From positions 40,449-104,448 of IMG/VR virus record IMGVR_UViG_3300046474_000239: DNA of 64,000 bases, one strand, 5' to 3'. This stretch comes from a virus. Shown in pieces: positions 27,865 through 38,540 of the stretch. Under the pieces are notes generated by a model that did not search any database, was not told the DNA's origin, and saw only the letters and a list, made by a program, of their open reading frames with translations. Numbering within the stretch: the first letter of the stretch is position 1; the number at the start of each line of letters is the position of its first letter. Position numbers and translations under genes: made by a program.

Positions 27865-28653
27865 ATGAGCGTCAATCGAGTTATCCCGCAGTCGCACTAC
27901 TACTCGGGTCAAGGTCGCCTGATCATTGGTGAACGCGATCCACTCACCGGTAAGTCCATCAGTCTGCGCCAGATCGGTAACTGCACCGCGCTGGAAGTGA
28001 CTGTGCAGACCACCAAGACCGACCACAAAGAGTCTCAGTCCGGCGAACGCGCCATCGACCTGACTCTGGTTACCGAGAAATCGGCAACCTTCAACGTGAC
28101 CTGTGAATCCATCAGCCTGGAAAACCTGGTGATGGGTCTCTGGGGTTCGATCACCACCGGCCTCGCGGCTACCGTGGTTGACGAATCGCACGAAATCGCC
28201 AAGGGCGGCTTCATCGCGCTGGACGCCCAGAACGTGTCGGCGGTAGTTGTTGAAACCGACGAGACCACTCCGGTCACGCTGGTACTCAACACCGACTACA
28301 CCCTGGACCCAGACTTCGGCACCATCCAGTTCACCCAGTCCGTGACCGTCCCTACTGGCGGCAAGGTCAACGTGAGCTACACCGGTGCTGCGGGCAACAA
28401 GACTCTGCAAGGCCTCACCGAGGTTATGCCTCCTGAGCGGTTCGTGCGCTTCGAAGGTATCAACACCGTCGACGGCGACCTGGTTCTGGTAGAGATCCCG
28501 CGTGCGTCGTTCGAGCCGCTGCAAAACCTGCCGTTGATCAACGAAGAGCTGGCCAGTTTCCAAATGACCGGCACCATCCTCCGCGACAACACCATCACCG
28601 ATGCAACCCTGTCGAAGTACTTCCGGCAGACCTACCTCACCCCTGCCGCGTAA
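27865..28653 (+). CDS. major tail (tube) protein
   Basis: YYSGQG.L.IGERD, RFEGINT..GD.VLVEI.R, LPLINEE; AGGAG RBS; terminator follows. Confidence 0.85.
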   Translation: MSVNRVIPQSHYYSGQGRLIIGERDPLTGKSISLRQIGNCTALEVTVQTTKTDHKESQSGERAIDLTLVTEKSATFNVTCESISLENLVMGLWGSITTGLAATVVDESHEIAKGGFIALDAQNVSAVVVETDETTPVTLVLNTDYTLDPDFGTIQFTQSVTVPTGGKVNVSYTGAAGNKTLQGLTEVMPPERFVRFEGINTVDGDLVLVEIPRASFEPLQNLPLINEELASFQMTGTILRDNTITDATLSKYFRQTYLTPAA

Positions 28654-28672
28654 CGCGGGCCTGGGTTGGACT

Positions 28673-28703
28673 AAAAAGGGGCCACTTCGGTCCCTTTTTC
28701 TTT
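28673..28703 (+). terminator. rho-independent terminator after tail tube gene
   Basis: AAAAAGGGGCC-ACTTC-GGTCCCTTTTT. Confidence 0.75.
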
Positions 28704-28716
28704 GGAGGAAAAGAAA

Positions 28717-29073
28717 ATGCAATCAATTGCACCGACGATCAAACTCGAACTCCTGGCCGACGACATCAGTATCAAAGGCGTCAGGAAGAACCCAGGCGAT
28801 GTAGTAGAGGTCTCGCGAAGCGCAGCCAAGTCTTTGTTGGCCGCAAAGAAGGCGGTCATCTGGACCACCGAGCGGGCAGCCAAAAGCGCAGCAACGGCAC
28901 CAGAAGCGGGAGGTGAGGCAGAGGCCGAGCCAGACCACGAGCACCAAGAACCTCTGGACGAGGCGGGCGGTGCCGATTACAGTGCCGAAGTACCCGCAGT
29001 TCAAGAACCTGTCGAGGCGGAGAGTGTGGCTCCGGCAGGACGAGCAGCCAAACGCATCCAACGGACCAAATAG
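28717..29073 (+). CDS. hypothetical protein
   Basis: GGAGG RBS; start codon overlaps motif copy 11. Confidence 0.6.
   Translation: MQSIAPTIKLELLADDISIKGVRKNPGDVVEVSRSAAKSLLAAKKAVIWTTERAAKSAATAPEAGGEAEAEPDHEHQEPLDEAGGADYSAEVPAVQEPVEAESVAPAGRAAKRIQRTK
28718..28731. repeat. 14-bp motif copy 11 (TGCAATCAATTGCA)
   Basis: exact, overlaps ATG (MQSIA). Confidence 0.95.
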
Positions 29074-29085
29074 TAGGGGTGGATC

Positions 29086-29646
29086 ATGACCGACACACAA
29101 GCAGAGATGAGTCCAGAAATGGCTCAAGAGTTGAACGTAACCGCAACCTTGATCAACGCGGTGCACGAACTCTTCGGCGATGACCGGGCGGACTGCCCGA
29201 TACCCTCCCTGGGCAATCGGATGGTGAAGTTCAAGGCAGCTAAGTTCAAGCACCTGGAAGAGATCAGCGAATTAGTCTTCTCCATGATCGCCGGATTCAG
29301 CGGCAGCGAACTGAACAAGATCGTCTCTACCGTGTCGGCTGAGCAGGAAGCCAAGATTGCAGCGGGCGACAGCCCCTACGCCCTGGACACCTCTCGACTG
29401 GTTCGCGATGCGGCAGGCCCGGACGGGGCGGTCTACATGAAGCTTATGTCCGGGTGCCTGCGCACCTTGCCGAAACTGGCGCCTATGTTTACCGACCTGA
29501 CCGCTGAAGAGTTTGGCGAGCTGGACGCAGACGAAGCGATGATCGTGGCGTTCGGGATCTTCCAGCGAAACTACGCTTTTTTTACCCAACGCTTGCTCCC
29601 CGTAATAGCCGCCTTTATCGCCCAGCAAAAACGCCGGACGAAGTAA
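29086..29646 (+). CDS. tail assembly chaperone (gpG-like)
   Basis: upstream of TMP; slippery T TTT TTT at 29577-29583. Confidence 0.75.
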   Translation: MTDTQAEMSPEMAQELNVTATLINAVHELFGDDRADCPIPSLGNRMVKFKAAKFKHLEEISELVFSMIAGFSGSELNKIVSTVSAEQEAKIAAGDSPYALDTSRLVRDAAGPDGAVYMKLMSGCLRTLPKLAPMFTDLTAEEFGELDADEAMIVAFGIFQRNYAFFTQRLLPVIAAFIAQQKRRTK

Positions 29647-30002
29647 GAGACGACAAGCGCAAGCAGGCCAAAGCTGAATCGGAAAAGCGCAAGGGGAAAG
29701 TGAAAGGAAAGCCCGAGCGCTACCGAGGCATAGGGCCACGATGGGTTGAATACGCAGTGACTAAGCTTACAAAGAACGGTCACCTGTTCCGTGAGATACC
29801 AGACTACAGCCTCCAGCAGGTAACGATGCTCCTGGATGGGATTGAGAAGGACGAGGCTGCAACGCGGTCGGCAACCCTCATGGACCTGGGTGTAACTATC
29901 TCAGGAGTCTTGGGCGGATCAACAGCCTTTGCCGAGCACCTCGAAGAAATTGACGACAGCCGATTCGAGGTGATTGATCATGGCGAACGAAAGCAACATT
30001 GA
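29583..30002 (+). CDS. tail assembly chaperone -1 frameshift extension (gpGT-like)
   Basis: -1 frame checked open from 29583 into ORF 29700..30002. Confidence 0.7.
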   Translation, partial: YPTLAPRNSRLYRPAKTPDEVRDDKRKQAKAESEKRKGKVKGKPERYRGIGPRWVEYAVTKLTKNGHLFREIPDYSLQQVTMLLDGIEKDEAATRSATLMDLGVTISGVLGGSTAFAEHLEEIDDSRFEVIDHGERKQH

Positions 30003-33000
30003 CGTAAATGTCCGGGCCACGGACGGGCTAACGCCCCAACTGGCCCAGATGGAATCCAAGCTGATTCGCTTTGTGGGCGCCGTCTCTTCGGCATTTACCG
30101 CCCTCAAGGTGGTCGGCTTTCCTGTTACTGCCGTACGCCAGTTTGAAGCGCAGATGGCGGCGGTCCAGAAGACCACCAACTTCACCGACACCCAGATCCG
30201 TAACCTGGGTGATTCGCTTGTCGACCTTTCCCGCAAGATCAACGTCTCTGCCGTAGACCTGGCCAAGATCGCTTCGGCGGCAGGGCAACAGGGCTTGGGC
30301 AAAGAGGGTGTGGAGGGTATTCGCCAGTTCACTGAGTCCGTCTCCCGGATGGCCTCGGTACTGGACCTGACAGCCGAACAAGCGGGCGCCTCGGTCGGTA
30401 AGATCGCATCTATCTTCAAGGTGAGCCTCCGGGACATCGAAGGGGTGTCGTCCGCATTCAACCAGGTATCCAACAACTCCACCGCGACGGGCGAACAGCT
30501 CCTGGACGTAGTGAAGCGGATCGGTAACGCAGCGGGCTCGATCAACCTCCAGCAGTCCATCGGCCTCGCCGCTACCGGCCTTGACCTCGGTCAGTCGCCT
30601 GAAGTCGTGGGCACCTCCTACGCCAAGATCTTTTCGGAGATGTTCAGCCAGGCTGACAAGTTCGCGAAGCTCCTGGGTATGACGGTGAAGGACTACGTCG
30701 CTGACCTGTCTAAGGATGGTATCGGGACCTACAAGAAGTACCTGGCCGCCCTGCGCACCCTGAAGCCCGATCAGCAACAGAAAGCCATCAAGACCATGTC
30801 GGGCGGTGGTCGTATCGGCGTGCTCGTAACCAAAGGCATCCAGGACACCGACAACGCAGTACTGGACAAGAACCTGCGTAACGCCGAGGAAGGTCGTGCG
30901 TCTGGTACGTCCGCGATCAAAGAACAGTTGACCGTACTCAAGACCCTGGACGCGCAGATCGCTGAGCTGGGTAACAGCTTCCAGGCACTGGGCATCAAAT
31001 CTGGTGAAGTCTTCGGCCCACGACTGACCGGCTACATCGGCCAACTAAAGGTTGCCCTGGCGGACCCTGCGATCATCCACTTTGCTGAGGATGTAGGTAA
31101 GACGTTCCTGGACCTGTTCAACTCCATCGCGAAGGGTGTGAAGTACGTCGCCAGCCTGAACATCAACTGGGAGAACTTTGTCACCGTGGCCAAGGTGATC
31201 CTGGAGCTGAAGCTGGCCCAGTGGATCATGTCGTCCCTTAGCACCCTGCCACTCCTCGGCACGGCAATGACCAAGCTTGGCCTTGACGCCGTGAGAGCGG
31301 GCGAGCAGCAAGTAGCTGGGTCGGCCGCAGCTAACACCGCCATCCAGAACCAGGTAGCCCGGATCAAGGAACTCCTCGCAGCGCGCACCGCCTATGGTGA
31401 AGCCAACGCCAAACTGACTGCCGCAGAGATTGCCCAGTCGAAGGCCCTGGAGAACCAGAAGAAAGCTGAAGCGGCGAACCTGGTTGCGGCTAACGCACTC
31501 AAGCTGAACACAGGGCTCGCCCGTACGAATATCGCGGGCGCGAGCGCCGGTATCACTGCGGCGAAGTCCGGGGTGGCGAGTGCTGAGGCAAGTGCCCTTG
31601 CGGCCAACGCAGCAGCACGCGATCAGTTGAATAACAAGATCGCAGCCGCTGAAGTACGGCACCAGGCCCGCCTTGCACAGATCGTTGCTGAGGGTGAGGC
31701 TGCTCGGGCGGAGGCTCGTGCTGCGGGTAGCAAACTAGGCGTGGCTGCAATCAACGGCGCCGTAGCTGAGATGACTGCGGCGGAGGTCACGTTCCAGACC
31801 CGGTCCCTGGCTTCGCTGAACGCCTACCACACCAAACGCATCGCGGCCATTGAAGCATCGGGAGCGGCGGAGGTAGTTGCACGTAAGGTCGCCCTCATGG
31901 CCTCCCTTACCCAGTTCGACACAGTAGCGAAAGGCACAGGCTTCGGCGTACTGACCGTAGGTGCCCAGAAGGCTGCTATCGCCCTGGCCAACGCGGACCG
32001 AGAAGTAGTGCGTACCACGGCTGCGTTGACTCTGGCCCAGCGGGCGGCGGCTGTAGCAGCAACCGGCTTCACTGCCCTGGGTACTGCGGTCAAGCTGATC
32101 GGCAACGCCTTCGGACTGTTCATCAGCATTGCTGGTAAAGCATTCTTCTGGATCACGATCATCTACACCGCGCTCGATGCGTTCGGCCTACTCGATAACG
32201 TGAACGGCACGTTGCAGAAGATGACCGACTGGCTGGGTCTGACCTCGGAAGCACAGCGCAAGAACGCTGAGGCTGCCAAGCAGGCTACCGACGAGCAAGA
32301 GAAGTACAACAAGAAGCTGAACGAAAGTATCGAGGTGATGCAGAAGTTCATCGACAAACGTACTGGCCTGTTTGCTGGGGGCTCACTGGAAACGCTGAAG
32401 CTGAACCTGGGCAGCGCTGACGCCAACACCGCAGACGGTGCCCGTGACCAGCTCAAGACGATGGTGGCCGGTGCGTACGCTGACCTGGAGAAAGCAGGCA
32501 AGACGCAAAGCGCGCTGCCTGGCCTGGCCGAGAACACCAAAGCCGAGCTGGACAAGACTGAGGCGGCTATCGCTGCGGGTAACAAACGCATTGAAGAACT
32601 GCGAGCACAGCAGGCCGGTAACGCGGGTTCCCGCTTCGGTGGCGTGGTGCAGGCTGGCCAGATTTCCCAGACCCAGACCCAGGTGGCGGCGCTTGAGACC
32701 TTGGCTATCCGCCTGCGCGGTCAACTGATAAACATCGGCCCAGAAGCGGCTAAGGCAACGGACGGGGCGGTACAGACCACCACCAAGAACCTGGAGACCC
32801 TGAAGGCCTACGTCACTGATGCGTTCTCGCCGCAGTCGGCCGAGGCCTACACGAAGTTCGTGCCGTCGTACCTGACTGCCATCGACAACGTGAAGGCTGC
32901 AACCGAGGAGGCGCAGAAAGCGGCGGAGACCTATACCAACTCCCGTGGCACAGCATCCGAGGCAGCGAACAAAGAGATCGCATCGGCGGCTATCGCTTCC

Positions 33001-35160
33001 CTGGATGCAGCCAACCGCGTGAAGGACCAGGTAGAGAAGGACCTGAACCTCTACATCAATCAGCTCAAGGCATCGGGTGGTTTGAGTGAGGCCGTGGTCG
33101 GCTCCCTGGATCGTCTGCCGGATTGGTTGCGCTCGTCTGAACCACAACTGCGCGGCATCCTACGGATCATCCAGGAGATCGCGGGTACGGCTCCTGCTAC
33201 CGCCCCGAACTTCCGTACGCCAGGCAAGAACGCCACAGGCAAAGGCTTCGGCAACTTCACCGGTAACCTGGCGGGTATTTCTGCGCCTGACGTATCCGGC
33301 GATGGTGATGCACCGAAGACCGATACCGGTGGCGAAGCCCGTGCGCTGTCCAAGGCCCGCGTCGACTTGATCCGGGCGGGTCTGCAAGCGGAGGCCAACC
33401 TATCCAAGCAGCACATCACCGAGCAGCAGGCTGCCCTGGAGAACGCCAACAAGCTGCAACTCAAGTCGATCCGTGATTACTTCGCGCAGCGTCTGACGCT
33501 GAACCAGGCGAACAACGACATCGAGCAGAAGTTGAAGCGCGATGAAATTGCTGCCCTGGGTAAAGAGCAGGGTGAGGCCGACAAAGAGTCGTCGCGTGTC
33601 CGCATCCAAGGCCAGATCGTTAAGGCCCAGGGTGAACTTGACCTACTGGTACAGCAGCGCCGTGCCCTGACCGACACGAACAACCGGGACCAGGCAGACG
33701 CTGTCCGCGAGTTCAGCGACAAGGTGCACAACCAGCAATCCGAACTGGTGGACTTTTTTGGCGCAACGACGGACACCGAAGCGTTCCAGACTGCACTCCA
33801 GTCGGGTGAGGACGCCTACCGCGACTTCATCCAGAAATTGAAGTCTGAGTCGGCTGATAACCCCGCGCTGCTGAAGATCATTGATCAGGTAGAGCTGAAG
33901 AAGCAGTTCGACGCTGTCGACGCAGCGCTGGGCCATATTCAACGTGTGGCGGCCATCTCGCAGACCCAGTTCGACCAGGTTAGCCAGAACGTAGCCAACA
34001 TGCTGGAGAACGGTCAGATCACCCAGATTCAGGCATCCGGCATGTACGCGGAGATCCGCACGCAAGTCGTGGCCGTGAAGGAGGCGGAGCTGGCCCGCAG
34101 CGAGGCGCAACTTGCACAGCTCTACGACGCTAACAAAACGCTGGAAGAGCAGAGCATTAAGTACAAGGAATTGGCCCTGACCATCTCGGGCTCGAAGATC
34201 ACCATTGACCAGTTGAAGGTGCAAGCCAACGACACGGCCAAGGAGATCAACACCGGCTTGAAGGGCTCACTATCCGGCCTGTTCACCGACCTGTCTTCGG
34301 GCGAGGGTGTACAGAACGCGCTGGATAACTTCGCGCTCAACGTTGTGAACTCGATTGCTAAGGTGGCAGCAGACGGTCTGTCTGAAACCATCATGGGTGC
34401 AATGGGCGGCATGGCGGGCGGTGTCGGCGGCTTCTTCTCCAGCCTGTTTGGTGGTGGCGGCGAAGGGCTAGACACCAAGGGCACCGAGCTGAACCCTATG
34501 GTCGTGAAGCAGGCCACGCTTGACCCGTTAGGTAATGTTAAGGACGCGCTGAGTCCTGAAGACGGCATCATCTCCAAAGGACTGGACGCAGTGACGGGTG
34601 GAGTCAAGAGCCTCGGCGGCACCCTGATGGGCGGCCTGGACTCGGTTACCAGCGGGGTCGGGGGATTCTTCACCGATGGCATCAACGGCTTGATGAGCTT
34701 TATCAGCCCGCTCTTCAGTGCACTGATCGCAGCAGTCTTCGCGGCACCACAAGCGGCAGCGGCAACGGAGGGGGTATCGAAAGGCTTCGGGGCAGCAGCA
34801 GCAGCAGTACTGGCGCACAGTGGCGGTATCGCAGGGCACTTGACCATGAGCCGTAACGGTATGGGTGGTCTGGGTAACGCGACCTACTACCACACGGGCG
34901 GCGAGGTAGGTCTCAAGCCTGACGAGGTGTCTGCCGTACTGCGCAAAGGTGAGGAGGTCATCACCGCAGACGATCCACGTCACCGAAACAACCTGGGCAA
35001 AGGCAACAAGGAAACCGGCGATGCCGGGCGCAGCGTCCGGGTTGTACCAGTGCTTGACCCGTCGTCGATCCACGAGGCCATCTCCAGCTCCCAGGGAGAA
35101 GATGTTATCGTCGCGGTCATGAAGCGTAAGGCAAGTGTTCTTCGGCAAATTCTGAAATAA
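29980..35160 (+). CDS. tail tape measure protein
   Basis: about 1726 aa, Ala-rich helical; TP901-like N-terminal core; HSGGIAG...LKPDEVSAVLRKGEEV C-terminus. Confidence 0.92.
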   Translation: MANESNIDVNVRATDGLTPQLAQMESKLIRFVGAVSSAFTALKVVGFPVTAVRQFEAQMAAVQKTTNFTDTQIRNLGDSLVDLSRKINVSAVDLAKIASAAGQQGLGKEGVEGIRQFTESVSRMASVLDLTAEQAGASVGKIASIFKVSLRDIEGVSSAFNQVSNNSTATGEQLLDVVKRIGNAAGSINLQQSIGLAATGLDLGQSPEVVGTSYAKIFSEMFSQADKFAKLLGMTVKDYVADLSKDGIGTYKKYLAALRTLKPDQQQKAIKTMSGGGRIGVLVTKGIQDTDNAVLDKNLRNAEEGRASGTSAIKEQLTVLKTLDAQIAELGNSFQALGIKSGEVFGPRLTGYIGQLKVALADPAIIHFAEDVGKTFLDLFNSIAKGVKYVASLNINWENFVTVAKVILELKLAQWIMSSLSTLPLLGTAMTKLGLDAVRAGEQQVAGSAAANTAIQNQVARIKELLAARTAYGEANAKLTAAEIAQSKALENQKKAEAANLVAANALKLNTGLARTNIAGASAGITAAKSGVASAEASALAANAAARDQLNNKIAAAEVRHQARLAQIVAEGEAARAEARAAGSKLGVAAINGAVAEMTAAEVTFQTRSLASLNAYHTKRIAAIEASGAAEVVARKVALMASLTQFDTVAKGTGFGVLTVGAQKAAIALANADREVVRTTAALTLAQRAAAVAATGFTALGTAVKLIGNAFGLFISIAGKAFFWITIIYTALDAFGLLDNVNGTLQKMTDWLGLTSEAQRKNAEAAKQATDEQEKYNKKLNESIEVMQKFIDKRTGLFAGGSLETLKLNLGSADANTADGARDQLKTMVAGAYADLEKAGKTQSALPGLAENTKAELDKTEAAIAAGNKRIEELRAQQAGNAGSRFGGVVQAGQISQTQTQVAALETLAIRLRGQLINIGPEAAKATDGAVQTTTKNLETLKAYVTDAFSPQSAEAYTKFVPSYLTAIDNVKAATEEAQKAAETYTNSRGTASEAANKEIASAAIASLDAANRVKDQVEKDLNLYINQLKASGGLSEAVVGSLDRLPDWLRSSEPQLRGILRIIQEIAGTAPATAPNFRTPGKNATGKGFGNFTGNLAGISAPDVSGDGDAPKTDTGGEARALSKARVDLIRAGLQAEANLSKQHITEQQAALENANKLQLKSIRDYFAQRLTLNQANNDIEQKLKRDEIAALGKEQGEADKESSRVRIQGQIVKAQGELDLLVQQRRALTDTNNRDQADAVREFSDKVHNQQSELVDFFGATTDTEAFQTALQSGEDAYRDFIQKLKSESADNPALLKIIDQVELKKQFDAVDAALGHIQRVAAISQTQFDQVSQNVANMLENGQITQIQASGMYAEIRTQVVAVKEAELARSEAQLAQLYDANKTLEEQSIKYKELALTISGSKITIDQLKVQANDTAKEINTGLKGSLSGLFTDLSSGEGVQNALDNFALNVVNSIAKVAADGLSETIMGAMGGMAGGVGGFFSSLFGGGGEGLDTKGTELNPMVVKQATLDPLGNVKDALSPEDGIISKGLDAVTGGVKSLGGTLMGGLDSVTSGVGGFFTDGINGLMSFISPLFSALIAAVFAAPQAAAATEGVSKGFGAAAAAVLAHSGGIAGHLTMSRNGMGGLGNATYYHTGGEVGLKPDEVSAVLRKGEEVITADDPRHRNNLGKGNKETGDAGRSVRVVPVLDPSSIHEAISSSQGEDVIVAVMKRKASVLRQILK

Positions 35161-35171
35161 GGGGAAGCATC

Positions 35172-37691
35172 ATGACCATCAAGCTTTGGCCGTTCCGCCC
35201 AGACTGGGAAGGCGGCGTTCTGGAGAGACTGGAATGGCTGACGGATGTCATGGCAAGCACAAAGGGGGCGGAGCAACGCCGCCCCCAGCGGCTCACGCCA
35301 CGCAAGACCTTGGAGGTGACCTTCCTGCCGCACGGTCGCGGGCGGTCTGTCTTCGACCTCTACGTCATGCAGAAGGGCAATGACGATTGGTACATCCCAC
35401 TCTGGTATGACGTGGGTGTCCTTCGACAGCCTGTCGCGATAGACGCCGGGGTGGTCATGACCGACGTAACCTTCCGCGAGTTCACGTTAAACGGCCTGGC
35501 GGTCATCCGCACGGCGCCGTCTGCCGACGACGAAAGCACGACGTTCACTTACGAGATCGTGAAGGTCCTGGGGCGCAGCTCAGGCAGTCTTCTGGTACAG
35601 CGTGCCCAGGAAGGTACGACAGCGCGAGTCTGGGGAAAGGGGTCTGAGATCTACCCGCTCCGCAAGGCAAGATTCACGGACCAACCGAAGGCCGACATCG
35701 TGGCCGCGTCGGTACACTCCACGCAGATGTCTTTTACGATCACCGAGCCGAACGAGTGGCAAGGCGTAAGCCAAACCGCAGGGTACGGGGCGGCGTATAG
35801 CCAGAGCTGGGCGATGAGCGCTGACGTGTCACCCCTTACGCCGATGGCCAACCTGGGGCGTGTACGGGCGCCAGAAAACCTACCTCTGTTTGAGGGGTTC
35901 CGCGTACTCACCATCAAGCCGGACTACGCACAAGACATGTCCATCGCCTACGACCGGGTGCTGAACGAGCTGGATAACGGCAACGGCATTCCAAGGTCCT
36001 CGGATACCCTGGGCTTCGCCGTGCCTACCCAGCGACACACCTGGTTCATCCAAGGCCGAGAAGACGCCGCCAACCTCCGCACGCTGTTGTACTGGCTGCG
36101 CGGCAAGGTGCGTCCGTTGTGGGTGCCTACGTTCAACGACGACGTGCAATTGATTGCACCGGCCGCCTCGGGTGCGATGTATGTGGACATTCAGGACATT
36201 GGCTTCGTCGAGCTGGGCGGAGGCATTGGTCGTCAGGTACTGGCGATCAACCTCAACGACAACTCCTGGATCTTCCGCAGGGTAGTAAGCGCGGTGGTCG
36301 GGGCTGGCTTCGAGCGACTTGAATTGTCGGAGGCCCTGCCGCAGGCGCTGAACCTGGAGGACATTTATAAGATCAGCTTCATGGCGGTAAACCGACTGGC
36401 GCAGGACACCGTAGAGATCAACCACGTCACGGACCTCGAAGGTCTGACCAAGGTAGTGACCACGTTCCGAGCTTCGCCCGACTTGCGCCAGTATCTGCCG
36501 TGGACCGCCAAGATCCCGTCCGCGCCTGCATCCTGCCCTAAGACGTGCGAAGGCATGACGCGGGTGGACGACTTCATGAACTTCGGTCTCCCCAACTTCT
36601 CGTGGTCCGCAGAAGCCTGCCTGACGACGGCCAAGGGTGCGTACATGCGCTACAAGCTGGCGTACTCGCAGACCTTCGTCTCCTGGTACGACACGGAGAT
36701 CACGGACAACGCCCTCTACCTGGCGGCGGACTTGGCGAACCGGGACTACTGGACGGCGCATGCCGGGTGGGTCTACGACCAAACAGCGGACAGTGCCTTT
36801 TACGAAGCGCAGAAAGTGTTGTACTGGTCCCATACCAGAGTGGAGGGGCAGCAGTGGATCTCCGATAACTTGCCGCTTGGCGTTGCCGTGTACGCGGCCA
36901 GTCTCAGCGATGCTGCCTTCCAGGAGTACTACGTGAAGCAGCGGGCGCAGAAGGACTTCGAGGTCTACACCCACGACACCGAGTTGCTCATGGCCTGCCA
37001 CCCTCGCCGCTGGCTGCCTATGGCCAAGATGGAGACAGTGCCCGCCACCTGCGAAGGCGGCATGCTGGGGACCTTCTGTATGCAGTCCATGTGGTCGGTA
37101 GAGGAAGGGAGGACCTACCCCAACCAAACGCGAGGGGCGGCCACGCTGTATACAGCCGGGGTGGTCGAGAGACTCCAGGGAGTAGACCCAGGCACCTGGC
37201 CTACATCGTTAGCCTCGCAGCAAGGTATCTATTACCGCATGGTGGGCGCACCGCTCAGCACTAACGGGGTGTACCGCAACTGCGGGTGCATACCTCTACA
37301 GTTCGAGGAGAACCACCAGCGCCTGTCTGCCCCTACAAGTGGTATTGAGGACCCGACCTGGGTGCAGTGGTTTCACTACTCCCAGATAGCGCTGCTTACT
37401 CCAGACGCTTGGCCGACCGAGATCCGGGTGCTAGTGTACGACTCTCTTTCCAGTGTTCTTTTGCGCACCATGGACATCACCATCGAGAACTTCGAGGTGA
37501 CCGCCAAGGCGGACGAGTACCACGCCCTGTCTGGGGATGATGATTACACCGCAAACCTCGTCGTCTTCCGGGAGATGTACAACCGAGAAGCGGATGGACA
37601 GACCACCTTCCACCCAGACCCGTGGGATGGTGCCTGGAACCTGGTTCCGGTGGCGGTCGACGGGATCAAAGTAGAAATTTACGCACGATAG
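35172..37691 (+). CDS. distal tail protein-like with long C-terminal extension
   Basis: WPFRPDWEGGVLERLEWLTDV..., LRG...PLWVPTF; follows TMP. Confidence 0.7.
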   Translation: MTIKLWPFRPDWEGGVLERLEWLTDVMASTKGAEQRRPQRLTPRKTLEVTFLPHGRGRSVFDLYVMQKGNDDWYIPLWYDVGVLRQPVAIDAGVVMTDVTFREFTLNGLAVIRTAPSADDESTTFTYEIVKVLGRSSGSLLVQRAQEGTTARVWGKGSEIYPLRKARFTDQPKADIVAASVHSTQMSFTITEPNEWQGVSQTAGYGAAYSQSWAMSADVSPLTPMANLGRVRAPENLPLFEGFRVLTIKPDYAQDMSIAYDRVLNELDNGNGIPRSSDTLGFAVPTQRHTWFIQGREDAANLRTLLYWLRGKVRPLWVPTFNDDVQLIAPAASGAMYVDIQDIGFVELGGGIGRQVLAINLNDNSWIFRRVVSAVVGAGFERLELSEALPQALNLEDIYKISFMAVNRLAQDTVEINHVTDLEGLTKVVTTFRASPDLRQYLPWTAKIPSAPASCPKTCEGMTRVDDFMNFGLPNFSWSAEACLTTAKGAYMRYKLAYSQTFVSWYDTEITDNALYLAADLANRDYWTAHAGWVYDQTADSAFYEAQKVLYWSHTRVEGQQWISDNLPLGVAVYAASLSDAAFQEYYVKQRAQKDFEVYTHDTELLMACHPRRWLPMAKMETVPATCEGGMLGTFCMQSMWSVEEGRTYPNQTRGAATLYTAGVVERLQGVDPGTWPTSLASQQGIYYRMVGAPLSTNGVYRNCGCIPLQFEENHQRLSAPTSGIEDPTWVQWFHYSQIALLTPDAWPTEIRVLVYDSLSSVLLRTMDITIENFEVTAKADEYHALSGDDDYTANLVVFREMYNREADGQTTFHPDPWDGAWNLVPVAVDGIKVEIYAR
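36145..36158. repeat. 14-bp motif copy 12 (TGCAATTGATTGCA)
   Basis: exact, intragenic (VQLIA). Confidence 0.95.
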
Positions 37692-37702
37692 GAGCGGTAG
37701 CT

Positions 37703-38530
37703 ATGCCTTTACCTTCCAGCTACGCCGAGATGACAAACTACGAGGGGCGGCCGGTACAGCTCTTCGACTTCAACCGTGGCTCCATCCATTGGCGGTATGC
37801 GCGGGCGGACCAGGACATCACCTTCAACGGCGACCTGTACGTAGCCCTGCCCGGCATCAGCGAAACAGGGGTGCAGCAAAACTCTGGCGCCAGCGACAAC
37901 GACCTGTCCATCACCGTACCCAGTGACTCGGACATCGCGCAGCTCTACGTGACGAACACGCCTAGTGACCGGATGTACATCACTATCTGGGTTTTCGATG
38001 TAGACAGTGCGGATCGCGGTCGTCTGTACTGGAAGGGCTCCGTGGCAGGTAGATCCGCAGGCGACAACGGTGCAGCGAGGCTGAACTGCCAGGACCTGGC
38101 TGTAGGCTTCTCCCGCTCCGGTCTTCGGCTGTCCTGGGAGCGGGGCTGCCCGCACACGCTGTACGACGAACAGTGCCGAGTAGACCGTACGCTGTACGCG
38201 GTGCACGACACGCTACTGGCCACAGGCGTGGTCCTTCAGGCCGCAGCGCTGGACGCCTTCACGGATGGCTGGTTCGCGGGCGGGTACTGCGAATGGGAGA
38301 TCGCCACTGGGGTTTTCCAGCGCCGAGGTATCGAGAGCCACACAGGCTCCCAGGTTACCGTGGTAGGCAGTACGGGCGGGCTGAACGTCGGAGATCCTGT
38401 AACCTTCTACCCAGGCTGTGCCCATACCAAAACCACTTGTAATTCCAAGTTCGGCAACCATCTGAACTTCGGGGGGTTCGAGTACATGAGAGGTACATCG
38501 CCTTTCGACGGCACGCCCGTGTTTAACTGA
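37703..38530 (+). CDS. tail hub protein (BR0599/DUF2163, gpL-like)
   Basis: CPHTLYD..C, PGC.H....C.SKFGN.LNFGGF. Confidence 0.8.
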   Translation: MPLPSSYAEMTNYEGRPVQLFDFNRGSIHWRYARADQDITFNGDLYVALPGISETGVQQNSGASDNDLSITVPSDSDIAQLYVTNTPSDRMYITIWVFDVDSADRGRLYWKGSVAGRSAGDNGAARLNCQDLAVGFSRSGLRLSWERGCPHTLYDEQCRVDRTLYAVHDTLLATGVVLQAAALDAFTDGWFAGGYCEWEIATGVFQRRGIESHTGSQVTVVGSTGGLNVGDPVTFYPGCAHTKTTCNSKFGNHLNFGGFEYMRGTSPFDGTPVFN

Positions 38531-38540
38531 GGAACCTATC

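Noticed and set aside
31746-31759. Half-site matches such as TGCAATCAACGGCG (also near 5067, 7038, 17435, 20581)
   Set aside because: Three or more mismatches; compatible with chance, so not counted.
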